The translations under genes and the position numbers were made by a program. Source: Candidatus Kaiserbacteria bacterium (GTDB lineage: Bacteria; Patescibacteriota; Minisyncoccia; Phycocordibacterales; UBA918). From it: a stretch of DNA of 64,000 nucleotides. Location: NCBI GenBank assembly GCA_016699245.1, contig CP064968.1:985015-1049014 (forward strand). Reading direction: 5' to 3'. Below the pieces are notes generated by a model that was not told the origin of the DNA, did not search any database, and saw only the letters and a list, made by a program, of their open reading frames with translations. Every line of letters begins with the position of its first letter. Positions within the stretch are counted from its first letter, which is position 1. Of the stretch, positions 38,581 to 50,314 are shown piece by piece.

Positions 38581-39524
38581 TGAAAAAAATACTCATATCC
38601 GCGCCGTACATGCACCGAGAGAAAGAGAAAGTCACCGAGATGCTCAAGGAGTATGATTTTGATGTAACATGGGCTTCTGTAGAGGAGCGACTTGAGGAAG
38701 CAGACCTACTCCCAATCATTGAAGCGTATGACGGTATCCTCTGTGGTGACGATAGAATTACAAAAAAGGTCATTGATGCCGCATTGCATTTAAAAGTTAT
38801 CGTTAAGTGGGGAACGGGGATTGATTCGATAGATAAGGAATATGCTGAGTCAAAAGGAATACAGGTATGTCGAACTCCGAACGCATTTACCGAACCTGTT
38901 TCCGACACGACACTTGGACTCATTCTCAATGAGGTGAGAGGTATTGTACGAAACGACCGAGTGGTAAAAAGTGGTGGGTGGGATAAGCCACAGGGATATA
39001 TGGTGCGTGAGAAAATTGTTGGCATAATAGGTTTTGGCGATATAGGGCAAGCAGTAGCAAAAAAACTTATTCCGTTTGGTCCAAAGGTTTTGGTAAACGA
39101 TATACACGAGCCTCCTACGGAATTGCTCAAATCACTCAATGTGACGTATGCATCCAAAGATGAGATATACGAAACATGCGATATCATCACCCTTCACTGT
39201 GATCTCAATTCCACAAGTCAGTATCTTTTGAATACCGAAACATTTCTTAAAATGAAAAAGAAGCCATACATTATAAATACGGCTCGCGGTCCTCTTATTA
39301 AAGAAAGCGACCTTATTTTGGCACTACAGAATGGTGTGATAGCAGGAGTGGGAATCGATGTTTTTGAGCACGAGCCACTTTCTCTCGATAATCCTTTACG
39401 ATCAATGGATGCAGTCACAGGGTCATGCCATAATACAAACAGTAGTCCATCGTGTTGGGATAAAATACATATCAATTCTCTCAAGATGATGGATGAAGCG
39501 TTACATAAATCATACAATGCTTAA
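38581..39524 (+). CDS. D-isomer-specific 2-hydroxyacid dehydrogenase (NAD-binding)
   Basis: ..VGIIGFGDIGQAVAKKL.. and ..TARGPLI..L..AL..G.IAGVGIDVFEHEP.. motifs. Confidence 0.8.
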
Positions 39525-40278
39525 AATTCCCTACATCTTTACTTCACAAGAACGATTTCTTGAACGATTTGGTTTAAAAAAAATTATTCCGAATGAGATT
39601 ACGCGAGATAATTTTTTTGAATCATATTTTAGAACGAAGCGACCTTTTGTAGTACAAATCGGCGCCAATGATGGGAAGACACATGATTCACTCTATACAT
39701 ACATACTGAAGTATCAGCTCCCGGGGCTTCTCGTAGAGCCACAGCCTGATATATTTAATGCACTAAAGGAAAATTACAAAGGAAATAAAAACCTGCAGTT
39801 CGCAAATGTCGCGGTAGGAGAAAAAGATGGTCAGATGCCTTTTTATAGAATCAAGCCTGAGTTGGTTATGCCAGGGAAAGAGTATAAGGCATCGAGCGGA
39901 TCCTCTTTTTTCAGAGAGCAAATTGTCGGAAATGTTATGAATAGGCTTCCGCCCAAAAATACGGGAATTCTTAAACATATTTCCAATAATCCTGATGACT
40001 ATATACAAGAAACGCAGGTAATGGTGAAGACACTTCCGACGCTCCTTCGTGAGTTTAAAATAGACCATATTGATTTTCTACTTACTGATTGCCAAGGTGC
40101 AGATTACACGATACTCACACAACTGGAATTTGACCGCTTTGCACCCGATATCATTAATTATGAACACTGCTTGCTCAGTGCCGAAGATTTATCAGCGAGT
40201 AGGGAATTACTTACAGCGCACGGGTACAAGTATTTTATCCATGGCGTTGATACCTGTGCATATAACGTAGCTGCATGA
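39493..40278 (+). CDS. FkbM-family methyltransferase
   Basis: ..VVQIGANDGKTHD.. and ..ANVAVGEKDGQMPFY.. are typical of Methyltransf_21 (FkbM). Confidence 0.7.
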   Translation: MKRYINHTMLKIPYIFTSQERFLERFGLKKIIPNEITRDNFFESYFRTKRPFVVQIGANDGKTHDSLYTYILKYQLPGLLVEPQPDIFNALKENYKGNKNLQFANVAVGEKDGQMPFYRIKPELVMPGKEYKASSGSSFFREQIVGNVMNRLPPKNTGILKHISNNPDDYIQETQVMVKTLPTLLREFKIDHIDFLLTDCQGADYTILTQLEFDRFAPDIINYEHCLLSAEDLSASRELLTAHGYKYFIHGVDTCAYNVAA

Positions 40279-41852
40279 AAAAAACAGCCCTCGTAATCTT
40301 TAAAAAAACATTCTCAGAAAAAGAGAGAAATTTTTTTAAAAATACTGCTCACTACGAGGTTGTTATTGCTCCTGCTGAACTCAAAGACGAAATCACATTG
40401 CTTGGGTATACCTATCTCGCGCTCGAGGAGTACGTTGAGGCGGGAAGTATTTATACTGCAAATACACTTGTGCAAGAACTTTCTACTCTTACGTTTCATG
40501 ACGGTACTCGTGTTTCAAAATCATTCATATATAAAGGATATGAGTTATGGTGGATGAATTACGATACACTCTATTTTTTGTACTGTCTCCCATATTCTCA
40601 ATACAAAAGATTGCTTGAACATCTCGTCATCTATGACGATATCCATTTGTATAACCCTCCATACCCGAGACTTTTTGAGTCTTTTATGACTGCGTATCGT
40701 AAAAACTTTAAAATTATTAAAGAACGAAAAATAAAAAGCCCCTCATTTTTACCCGTAGGAGTTTTTTGCCAAATAATGCTCACGTTTCTTTTTTTACCGG
40801 TACTTATCATACAGAGACGGCCAATCATGGTGTACATTAGCGATGAATTTCATGGGTCTAAAGATTATCACTTTAGAATGGGCTTTATCTATGAAGCCCT
40901 TCGTGCAAAAAATCTTTCCTTTGTCGAATATATTCGAAGTATTGAATCGTGGTCCACAGTTATTACGCATGCCTTTCGTCGAAAGAGACCTGTTGTGTAT
41001 ACAGATGCAATTTTGTTTATTGCTCGTTTCATCAGTTATGCAACAGGGGGTCGTCTCCGAGCAAAACGTCTTTTCAAAAACTATAGCACCGTAGGTGGGT
41101 ATGATTCAGAAAAACAATTTAAATTAAGCCTCGCGACACAATATCTTTTGTGTGTGTACGATGATGTATGGGCGATACGGATTATGAAGGTATACCTCCG
41201 TGTTACGGGGGTTAAGTCAGCACTTATTGTGGCTGCTATGGGGAGAAATTTTCAAACAGTCTTGGCGTGTAAATTAAACAAAATCCCTATCATTGGAATT
41301 TTGCACGGAGTCGCCTCACAACACTATAATGTATATGACTTTATGCCTACGTATGACGGAGACAAGGTACTCTCGGTTGACAAGTATGGAGTGTGGAGTG
41401 AGTGGTGGAAGGAGTACTATACTGCCCATAGCCGAGTGTACCAAAAAGAGCAGTTGTATGTGTCAGGGCCAATGCGACCACTCATGCAAAATGAAGCAGT
41501 AGCTTATTCAAAAAAATTACCATCGGGCCCAATTAACGTTTTGTTGGTCTCAGAACAACTTGCTGTTCCTGAAGAAGTGCTTCCGTATCTCAAAGCACTT
41601 ATTGAAGATAAAGGTATATCACTCTCTATAGTTTTCCGTCCGAAGTGGGGAGATTATTTTGATTTAAAAGAGTATGATACCGAGCATACGTTTATTGCAG
41701 AAAATCCCGAGGGGCTCATACAAAGAGTGAAGCAGAGCACCGACGTTTCAGAGGAGACTTTGAGAGACTTGCAAAACAGATTTTTTGGTAACCCATATCA
41801 AAATGGAAGTGCATGGGCAATAGAAGAAATTGAAAAAACATTAATTAAATAA
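40275..41852 (+). CDS. hypothetical 525-aa protein (possibly a capsule-synthesis/TagF-like GT-B transferase; speculative)
   Basis: ORF only. Its position in the sugar-tailoring operon and its size suggest a transferase. I recognise no confident motif. Confidence 0.3.
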   Translation: MKKTALVIFKKTFSEKERNFFKNTAHYEVVIAPAELKDEITLLGYTYLALEEYVEAGSIYTANTLVQELSTLTFHDGTRVSKSFIYKGYELWWMNYDTLYFLYCLPYSQYKRLLEHLVIYDDIHLYNPPYPRLFESFMTAYRKNFKIIKERKIKSPSFLPVGVFCQIMLTFLFLPVLIIQRRPIMVYISDEFHGSKDYHFRMGFIYEALRAKNLSFVEYIRSIESWSTVITHAFRRKRPVVYTDAILFIARFISYATGGRLRAKRLFKNYSTVGGYDSEKQFKLSLATQYLLCVYDDVWAIRIMKVYLRVTGVKSALIVAAMGRNFQTVLACKLNKIPIIGILHGVASQHYNVYDFMPTYDGDKVLSVDKYGVWSEWWKEYYTAHSRVYQKEQLYVSGPMRPLMQNEAVAYSKKLPSGPINVLLVSEQLAVPEEVLPYLKALIEDKGISLSIVFRPKWGDYFDLKEYDTEHTFIAENPEGLIQRVKQSTDVSEETLRDLQNRFFGNPYQNGSAWAIEEIEKTLIK

Positions 41853-41891
41853 TACCGAAATCCCTTAATAAAATGATATAGTAATATTATT

Positions 41892-42641
41892 ATGCTTCAC
41901 TTACTCAAAGAAAAACTATTTTTTTTAAAGCAGTGGTACACCCTTGTTTTTACGTATCCGCAAAAAACACTTACGGTGGAGGCCTCACTTGATTACGATG
42001 AGTATTGGAAACAAAAGCGTGGAACTCAGGAAGGAAATAGAGCCCGACACATCACGGGTAATGAAAAGAAGCGTGCGGACTACGTTGCTTCAACTATTGG
42101 GAAAAAGGAGAAGGTAACTATTGGGGACATTGCTTCAGGGCCAGGGGTTATTTTTGATTACCTCAAAGATAAAATTTCGATAGAAGAGTACATCGGCTAT
42201 GAGAGTTCCGACTATGCGCTTGATGTTGCGCGGTCTCTTGGCATGACGGGGGTGAAATTTGATATTAATTCTGACGAAGACATTCGAGCAATAAAACCCG
42301 CAGACTATTTTTTACTCCTTGAGATACTCGAACATATTCCGAACTCAGAAAAGGTGCTCAAAACCATATATGAGAAAGCGGGGAAGGGAGTATTTTTCTC
42401 ATTTCCAAATTCAGGAAACTTTCTGTATCGGCTCCGCCTTCTCTTTGGAAGAATGCCAATGCAGTGGATTAAATTTCCAAATGAGCATCTTCGTTTTTGG
42501 ACACTTACCGACCTGAGGTGGTGGTTACGAGCGCTCGGCTATACGAAATATCACATTCATGGGTATCGTGGTATTCCATTCTTAGAAAAAGTATGGCCAG
42601 CAATGTTTGCAGGAAGTTTTGTGGTGTTTTTAAAAAAATAA
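41892..42641 (+). CDS. class I SAM-dependent methyltransferase (MetW-like)
   Basis: ..IGDIASGPGV.. motif I and ..LLLEILEHIPN.. motif. Confidence 0.7.
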   Translation: MLHLLKEKLFFLKQWYTLVFTYPQKTLTVEASLDYDEYWKQKRGTQEGNRARHITGNEKKRADYVASTIGKKEKVTIGDIASGPGVIFDYLKDKISIEEYIGYESSDYALDVARSLGMTGVKFDINSDEDIRAIKPADYFLLLEILEHIPNSEKVLKTIYEKAGKGVFFSFPNSGNFLYRLRLLFGRMPMQWIKFPNEHLRFWTLTDLRWWLRALGYTKYHIHGYRGIPFLEKVWPAMFAGSFVVFLKK

Positions 42642-42646
42642 AACAC

Positions 42647-43915
42647 TCATTCTTCTTTTATTTTTTGAAAGTAATAATACACACTAAAACTAGTTGCTAC
42701 TTGTGTCAGTAAGAATGAAGCAATTGCTCCCCAAATTCCAAAGAGTGGAATAAGTAGTACCATAAAACTAATCTTCGTTACCGACTTTACAATATTTACC
42801 ACATAGAGCGCTTTTTTCTGATTCAAAGAAGTAAGAGCTTGTACGTGAAGAATTGAGGGCATAAATAAAAGGGTTAATGACAGGACCTGTGAATACAAAA
42901 GTGCTTCTGTATATTGTGGAAAAATAGCGATGAAAAAGAATTGTGCAAGAATACAATACAAAATGGTTAGAAAGAGTGAACCTAGAAAAAACATCACTAT
43001 CTTATGACGCATAGCACTTTTTAATTCACGGATTGAACGTGTGCTAAATTTTGGAAGTGCAAGTGCACGCATGATCCTTGAGACGCTTTGTAGTTGTTTG
43101 GTGGGAGCAAGTGCAAGTGAATAAAATGCGAGTGACGTTGCTCCGAGAAGTTGAAATACAATAATTTTGTCAACATACATGGAAATATTTCCAAAAAGTT
43201 CCATGAGACTAAAATGCTTTCCCGTTACGAGACTGGATGCAGCCAGTGCATCATGTTCACGTGCAGGGGGAACTTTCTTTGTAAGGAAATAAAAGCGTGC
43301 TGCTGAAATGAGCGTACTTGAGAGAAAATATGCGCATACAACATACAAGACGCTATGCGTCATGAACGCCGTAAGAAGAATAGATGCGGAAATTGCAATA
43401 TTTTTTAGGGCGTTATCATACGCAATTTTTTTAAATTGTTTTTTCCCATTAAAATATGCTCCATAGAGAGATGATCCCGCGAGTAATGGAGTGGTGAGAC
43501 CAGTGACTAATAATGAATAGCCAAGGACTTCGTTATCTTTGAAAAGGTAGTAACCTCCCGCACACATGGTAATAATGGCAATGGGGGTGCTCCATTTCAG
43601 TTTTGACCAAAAACCAAGTAATAGGGAACGATCAAACCCCTTCGCAATAGATTGGGCAACAGCGGTATCCATGCCTGAATGGGTAAACATACCCACAACA
43701 CCCGCTAAAGAAAGGATATAGGCGTACTGACCATATTCTGCCTGATCAAGTACACGCGCCAATCCTACTGTAAGAAGAAACGCTGATAGTGTCGCAAATA
43801 TTTGGCCAATACTGAGGAGTGCGGTTCCTTTGAGAAGGTAGCGAATATCAGTCTTAGAAAATGTTTGTAGACGAGTGAGGAGTCTCTGAATATGTAAGAA
43901 GCCTTGTGTACGCAT
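42647..43915 (-). CDS. wzx: polysaccharide/O-antigen flippase, Wzx-like (MOP superfamily)
   Basis: ~12-TM hydrophobic profile with N-terminal ..LLKGTALLSIGQIFATLSAFLLTVGLARVL.. typical of Polysacc_synt flippases. Confidence 0.75.
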   Translation of the reverse strand: MRTQGFLHIQRLLTRLQTFSKTDIRYLLKGTALLSIGQIFATLSAFLLTVGLARVLDQAEYGQYAYILSLAGVVGMFTHSGMDTAVAQSIAKGFDRSLLLGFWSKLKWSTPIAIITMCAGGYYLFKDNEVLGYSLLVTGLTTPLLAGSSLYGAYFNGKKQFKKIAYDNALKNIAISASILLTAFMTHSVLYVVCAYFLSSTLISAARFYFLTKKVPPAREHDALAASSLVTGKHFSLMELFGNISMYVDKIIVFQLLGATSLAFYSLALAPTKQLQSVSRIMRALALPKFSTRSIRELKSAMRHKIVMFFLGSLFLTILYCILAQFFFIAIFPQYTEALLYSQVLSLTLLFMPSILHVQALTSLNQKKALYVVNIVKSVTKISFMVLLIPLFGIWGAIASFLLTQVATSFSVYYYFQKIKEE

Positions 43916-44002
43916 AGTCGTAATAGTATATAGTGTTCCGATATAAAACTATAGGCAGACTGCAATAGTTGTATACAGAAAGTTACAGAAAAGTCGTGTA
44001 TT

Positions 44003-45106
44003 ATGGTAACTACTCATATGAAAAAAATTAACGTTTTGTCGGTGTACCGTTCACCACTTCTGGAAAATCGGGGGACGCCGCTTCGGGTACAGAGTCTGAT
44101 ACGGGAAGGCATGAAGGATTCTCTTTTCGCATGGCACACGTGTACGCTTGATAGTGAGAGTCCACTTGGGTTGCCCCATATCACTATTACCCATGCACAT
44201 GTGGACGATATTAAAAAAATTAGGCAGTTTGTGAAACAACACGATATTGATGTAGTAATTTTTCATAGTGTGGCCGCTTCGTTTTATCTGCCGTTTGTGA
44301 AGTTTGGTACACGAGCACGAATGGTGCTTGAGATGCATGGCTTTCGTGAAGAGGAAGAACTTCTGTATGGAGGTATCTCAAAATATAAATATTGGCGGGA
44401 TAAGTTTTTTTATAGTGTTATATACCGTCTCTCAGACTTGATTACTACCTGTAGTATTAGTGCGACTGAGTACCTCAAGAAGTACAACAAAAATGTGGTG
44501 AGTGTGTATGGGGGTGTTAATCTAGGACTCTTTAACCCTGAAGTGAAGTCTGGAGGGTACATACAGAAATCTGAAGGCACCATAGTCGTCGGGTATGCAG
44601 GTGACGGTAAGAAGTGGCAAGGACTTCCGTTTCTCTATACTGCGTTTGAAAAACTTGTTGAACGATATCCTCAGTTTAGGCTTGCACTATTACTGAGTGA
44701 AAAACGCACAACTCCTGATAAATCATACATACAGGTGACGGATGCACTTCCTCATGAAAAAGTTTCGAGTTTTACGATTGATTGTGATGTGCTTGTACTC
44801 CCGCGTATTATTTCACGGGTAAACGAGCTCACGTACCCATCAAAATTTATGGAATATATGGCCATGGGGAAGGCTGTGGTGGTGAGTCGTACGAGTGATA
44901 TGCATAAAATCATTGTGGACGGAGAAAATGGTCTTACCTTTAATCCTGAGGATACTGAGGGTTTTATTGAAGCAATGGGTAAACTTACGGATCCTGTCCT
45001 TCGGAAAAAGCTGGGAGAGAATGCAGTAAAGACAGCAGTAGGAGGTTACACGTGGGATATTCAAGGAAAAATATTCCTTGATGCGCTTAAGAAATTATTT
45101 GCATAA
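44003..45106 (+). CDS. glycosyltransferase family 4
   Basis: ..YPSKFMEYMAMGKAVVVSRTSD.. Glycos_transf_1 motif. Divergent from wzx. Confidence 0.8.
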   Translation: MVTTHMKKINVLSVYRSPLLENRGTPLRVQSLIREGMKDSLFAWHTCTLDSESPLGLPHITITHAHVDDIKKIRQFVKQHDIDVVIFHSVAASFYLPFVKFGTRARMVLEMHGFREEEELLYGGISKYKYWRDKFFYSVIYRLSDLITTCSISATEYLKKYNKNVVSVYGGVNLGLFNPEVKSGGYIQKSEGTIVVGYAGDGKKWQGLPFLYTAFEKLVERYPQFRLALLLSEKRTTPDKSYIQVTDALPHEKVSSFTIDCDVLVLPRIISRVNELTYPSKFMEYMAMGKAVVVSRTSDMHKIIVDGENGLTFNPEDTEGFIEAMGKLTDPVLRKKLGENAVKTAVGGYTWDIQGKIFLDALKKLFA

Positions 45107-45115
45107 ATACAGAGT

Positions 45116-45736
45116 ATGGATAGTAACAATCAGAAAGAAAAAAGTAATCACGATATTGTAGGTTCAACACAACTTATTGCAGGGCAAAAATTCCATCATC
45201 AAGGAGAAAATGGTGTGGTGTATTTTCAATTGAACGTTGTAGAAATGAGTAATGGAAGTTTGTACCCAATGACACGTTCTGCGAATGCTTGTAATGTGTT
45301 ACCACTTGAAATGAATGAAGAGGGGGAGATTATTGCCGCGTATTTCTTGTCTCAGAAAGGGCGAGAAGAAACAAAAGATAATGCAGTAGCACTCAAGGCC
45401 GTGGGTTCTTTTTGTAATGTGGGTGAGAGTGGTGCTGAGGGAGCGCTCCGGTCTCTCGATACAAAATTAGGGATGAAGGGGTTGCCCGAAGATTTGATTT
45501 TTGTTGGTCAGTCGTATGGCTTTGGAGACCAGTTTCAATTTCCCATTGATTTGTTTGTTATAAAACAATTTACGCTCGCTGAGAACCCTGTCTTAGGTGG
45601 GTGTGAACGAGTACGTATGACCATTGAAGATATCGCAATCGCACAAAAAAATAGAACATTTTTTAATAGTGAAACTATTGACTTAATTGCAACAGTGTTG
45701 CTTCGAAATCAATGTAGAGATATATATGAATGGTAG
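45116..45736 (+). CDS. hypothetical protein
   Basis: ORF only. Confidence 0.3.
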   Translation: MDSNNQKEKSNHDIVGSTQLIAGQKFHHQGENGVVYFQLNVVEMSNGSLYPMTRSANACNVLPLEMNEEGEIIAAYFLSQKGREETKDNAVALKAVGSFCNVGESGAEGALRSLDTKLGMKGLPEDLIFVGQSYGFGDQFQFPIDLFVIKQFTLAENPVLGGCERVRMTIEDIAIAQKNRTFFNSETIDLIATVLLRNQCRDIYEW

Positions 45737-45797
45737 GAAGGTTTGGCACCCCTGTGTTTTAAGACAGACTTAGATTACAATACGCACAATATCAAAC

Positions 45798-46893
45798 ATG
45801 GAAACTATTCAAAAAAAATCATATCTTGTTGTCTTGGGAGCTCGGCCTAATTTTGTGAAGGCGGCACCATTTTTTAATCGGGCAAAAGAGTATCCACAGT
45901 TTTCTTTTACCCTCGTCCACACAGGACAACACTTTGACGATAACATGTCGAAGATTTTTTTTGAGCAGATGGGTATCCCAAAGCCCGATATACAACTTGA
46001 TATCAAAGGCGAGTTTCATACTGAAAAGATTGGCAAAATGTTTACCGCACTCAAGTCTACAATCGAAAATGGTGCATTTGATGGCGTTATTGTGTTTGGT
46101 GATATCAATTCAGCACTAGCGGGCGCGATTGCGGGGATAACACTTGGTAAGAAAATCATACATGTGGAGTCAGGATTACGCAGTCATGATAGACGTATGC
46201 CCGAGGAGATTAACAGAGCCATCATTGATCACATCAGTGATGTACTCTTTGTAACTGAAGAGAGTGGTCTTGAAAATTTGGAACGTGAGGGTATTGCGCG
46301 GGAAAAAATCCATGTGGTGGGGAATATAATGATTGAAAGCATCGAGATGTTCAAATCAAACTTTGATGATTCACGTGTGCTGTCTGATTTAGATTTGGAG
46401 AAGGGAAGATATGTGGTAACGACGATTCATCGACAAGAAAATACTGATGACCCAATCACCCTTAAAAAGATTTTTAGATATGTTGGGTAGCATAGCGGAA
46501 ACACATACACTCGTGATGCCTCTCCATCCCGGAACGCAGCAGAAAATTAAAAATTATGGGTTTGGTGATTTGCTCAAAAATATCAAAATAATTGAGCCAC
46601 TCGGGTACCTTGATTTTATGAAGTTGGTTGTTGATTCCTCGGGTGTCGTGACTGATTCAGGTGGCATACAAGAAGAAACATCTCATCTCGGTATCCCGTG
46701 TTGTACTCTACGGGATAATACGGAACGGCCCGTTACCCTTATGCTTGGATCAAACGTACTTTTTCCTATTGAGTCGATGGACGTCCTAAGTATCAAGACG
46801 CATCTTGCGCGTACAGATTTTAAGTCCAATCACATTCCTTTGTGGGATAATGGTGTGAGTAAAAGAATTTTTGATGTATTAGAGCAGATGTAA
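45798..46893 (+). CDS. UDP-N-acetylglucosamine 2-epimerase (WecB/NeuC family), interrupted by an apparent 1-nt insertion near 46466-46472 (A5 run)
   Basis: ..LGARPNFVKAAP..HTGQHFD.. N-terminal part, ..DGVIVFGDINSAL.. and ..TDSGGIQEE.. C-terminal part. Homology continues across two ORFs (45798-46490 and 46447-46893) with a +1 frame change inside cttaaaaagattttt. Confidence 0.8.
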
Positions 46894-46944
46894 GCATTTT
46901 TTCTCAATGTACAAAGTAACGACGAGTGGTATGATTCTCGCATA

Positions 46945-47890
46945 ATGAAATTATCAATCATTTTACCTATATATAACGAAGGGAAGAGTATCCCGGAACT
47001 TTTTGTACGTATTACGAAGGTAATGAAAGAAATTAATTATCCCTATGAGGTAATTGCAGTCAATGATGGTTCAAAAGACAATAGTGCACAAGAATTGACC
47101 GCAATTGCTTCCAAAGACCCACAGGTAAAAGTAATTCATTTTCGGGTGAATGCGGGTCAGACGGCAGCGATTCATGCAGGTATCGAACATGCGACGGGTG
47201 ATATCATTATCCCGCTCGATTCTGATTTAGAAAATGACCCTCAGGATATTATTCATATTTTGAAGAAAATGGATGAGGGCTTTGATGTGGTTTCTGGATG
47301 GCGCAGGAAGCGCTGGGCTGATAAGAAACTCGTGCGTAAACTTCCCTCGATACTTGCGAATAAACTTATCTCGTATGTATCCGGCGTACATCTCCATGAC
47401 TATGGATGCACACTTAAGGCATATCGCCGTGAGGTGATTCAAGGGAGTTAACCTCTATGGAGAAATGCATCGATTTATTCCTGCGTATGCAGCACGTATG
47501 GGGGCGCGCGTCACAGAGATTGAGGTATCCTATGCACCGCGAAAGTATGGAAAGAGTAATTATGGATTTTCACGCACACTCCGCGTACTCCTCGACCTTG
47601 TCGTACTTCAATTTCTGTATAAGTACATGGACCGACCAATTCAGTTTTTTGGGTTTATCGGTTTTTTCATGAGTGGCGTGGGGGTACTCGCGGGAATAGG
47701 GGCAATCGTACTTCGGGTATTTTATAATGTATATATGATACAGACACCACTTCCGGTGCTCTCTGCACTTTGCATCATTGTAGGTGTGCAACTGGTGACT
47801 ATGGGAATCCTTGCAGAAATGATTATGCGTACCTACTACGAATCGCAAGGTAAGAAAGCATATCTCATTAAAGAAACAATCAACTTTTAG
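46945..47890 (+). CDS. GtrB-like GT2 polyprenol-phosphate glycosyltransferase, interrupted by a 1-nt insertion at ~47446
   Basis: ..LSIILPIYNE..VNDGSKD..DSDL.. GT2 motifs, then ..YGEMHRFIPAYAARMGARVTEIEV.. and two C-terminal TM helices, continuing in the +1 frame. The junction is ..VIQG|a|VNLYGEMHRF.. Confidence 0.8.
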
Positions 47891-47892
47891 GT

Positions 47893-49749
47893 ATGTGCGG
47901 TATTGCCGGTTATTGGGGGACAGGTTCGCGGGCTATCCTTGAGGAGATGAATAATACGCTCACGCACCGAGGTCCTGATGATGGAGGGGTGCTTCGAGAT
48001 TGGCCCTGTGGGTCTCGCACAACGGAGGTTGTCTATCGTTGACCTTATCGCCCGCGGGGCATCAACCTATGTGTACAAAGAAGGGAGATGTATCACTTGT
48101 GTTTAATGGTGAAATATATAATTACCAAGAACTCAGGGAAGAATTTTTAGGATCATACGAATTTAGGGGAAGTAGTGATACGGAAGTACTGCTCCATCTC
48201 TATGAAGAATTGGGGGAAACTTTTCTTACAAAAATTCAGGGGATGTTTGCGTTAGCCCTTTATGATACGAAGAAAGGCATACTCCTTCTTGCGCGAGACC
48301 ATGTCGGGAAAAAACCATTGTACTGGACTCACCATGACAGCACATTTATTTTTGGTTCCGAACTCAAGGCACTCAGGAAGCATCCTTCGTGTCCAAAGAA
48401 AATAAGCACCACCGCACTCGCACAGTACTTGGTGTATGAGTATGTTCCTGGACCAGCGACTATTTATGAAAACGTGAGTAAACTTGATCCGGGGACATAT
48501 CTTATCTATGACGGGAAAAATGTGACGCAGGGGACGTTTGGCAGGATTATCTCGACACAGGGAGCATACACAAAGAATTTTGAAAGTGCGAAAGACGAAC
48601 TCCATGCGCTTCTTCAGACTGCGGTACAAAAACGCATGGTCGCGGATGTTCCTGTAGGCGTCTTTCTCAGTGGTGGTCTTGATTCAAGTACGATTGCATA
48701 CTTTGCACAAAAATCATCCACAAACCAGATTAAGACATTTTCAATCGGCTTCAAGGATACAAGTTTTGATGAGCGTGAGTATGCTCGGGAAGTGGCAACA
48801 TTTCTTGGGACTGACCACCATGAGTACGTCGTGGGTCCAGAAGAATTACTCAAAGTGATTCACGAGATACCCCAGGTACTCGATGAACCAATCGCCGACT
48901 CTTCAATCATTCCATCACTCATATTGTCTCGGTACACGAGTAAGGAGGTGAAGGTGGTGCTTGGGGGAGATGGGTCCGATGAAATTTTCTTTGGGTACGG
49001 CACATTTTTTGCACACCGTGTGGGACTTTGGTATGAAAAAATACCAAAGTGTATTACGCGCGTAATACGTTATGTGGTGGAACGACTTCCTGTCTCACAT
49101 GCGTACATGAGTTTTGATTTTAAGGCAAAGAAATTTATCTCAGGTTTTCAGTACGACAAGGGCTCGCCGTAATACCTACTGGCTCAGTGCGTTTACACCC
49201 GAGGAACTGAAGTCAATTTGTAACTTTGACGTTGATGACGCGCATATTCTTGCCCCCACAGATGCGCTGTACACAGAAGGCACGAATTTTTGGGATAGCG
49301 TGCAGATGGAGTACATGAAAGGATATTTAGTAGAAGATATTTTGGTAAAAACAGACAGAGCAGGGATGCGACATGGTCTCGAAGTCCGTGCGCCGTTTTT
49401 GGATATTGCGCTCGTGAACTTTGCGCTCACACTTCCGCTCACGTACAAGCTGAAGGGGCGTACAGAAAAGTACATCCTTAAGGAACTGATGAAGTCATAT
49501 CTACCGGCTCGTATTGTGGGAAGAAAGAAAAAAGGATTTGGTATTCCTATTGGTGCATGGATTCGGGGAGAACTCCGGGATATATTCACCAAAACGCTTT
49601 TAGAGGGGAAATTGGTACAAAGTGGTCTGTTCAAGCGCGAGGGGCTTGCTATACTGCTTCAATCGCACCAGGATGGTGTATCTGATAACAGGAAGAAACT
49701 TTGGACATTATTTGTGTTAGCACTTTGGATGGAGGAATGGTATGAATAA
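47893..49749 (+). CDS. second asparagine synthase-family amidotransferase, interrupted by three single-nt insertions (~48004, ~48031, ~49161)
   Basis: MCGIAGYWG..HRGPDDGG | PVGLAQRRLSIVDL | SPAGHQPM..YNY.. lie in three successive frames. PP-loop ..FLSGGLDSS.. is present. The C-terminal part ..ARRNTYWLSAF.. continues in a +1 frame. Confidence 0.75.
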
Positions 49750-49764
49750 AAATGAACAAAAAAC

Positions 49765-50282
49765 CAACCTGGCCGGGGGGAAAAAAAAAAAGAGGGATGG
49801 AAAATGGGGTTGGTTTCGGTCCCCCAACCCCCAGGGGGGGGGGGGGGCCGGGGTGGGGGGCGGGGTGTGAAATATATTTTGATTTTTTTGTTGGGTTTGG
49901 TGTGGGTGTGTTTGTGGGAAAAACCTTGGTTGGTGTTGTGGGATTTTGGTTGGATGTTAAAAAAAAAAAAAAAACCGGGAGGGTCCCCCCCCCAGTGGGG
50001 GGGGGTTTCCTGGGGGGGCAGGGGGGGGGAGGGGAGGGATTTTTTTTTTCTTTTCCTTTTTTATAAAAAAAACCACAAAAAGAAGTTTTGGGGGGGGTTT
50101 TTTTTTTTTTTTCCGGGGTGGGTGGGGGGGGGGTTGTTTTTTCCCCCTTTTTCCCCCTGGGGGGGGGGGAGGGAAATCCCTTTTAAAAAAAATAAAAAAT
50201 TTTTTTTGGGGGGTGGGGGGGCCTTCCCCCCCTGCAGGTGGAATTGGGGGTTGGGGGTTGGGGGGGGGGGGGGGGGGGGGAG
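49765..50282. repeat. ~520-bp homopolymer-saturated low-complexity tract (G-runs up to ~28, A16, T17, C-runs)
   Basis: Read directly. The composition is completely unlike the flanking sequence. ORF-track 'proteins' here are poly-Gly/Lys/Phe translations of the tract. Contains CCTGCAGG. Confidence 0.9.
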
Positions 50283-50314
50283 TTGTTTTTAAGAAAGTCT
50301 AATAACACGTACAC

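Noticed and set aside
49752-50292. ORFs encoding Gly/Lys/Phe-rich 'proteins' (104 and 162 aa)
   Set aside because: These are translations of the homopolymer tract. There is no start context and no complexity.
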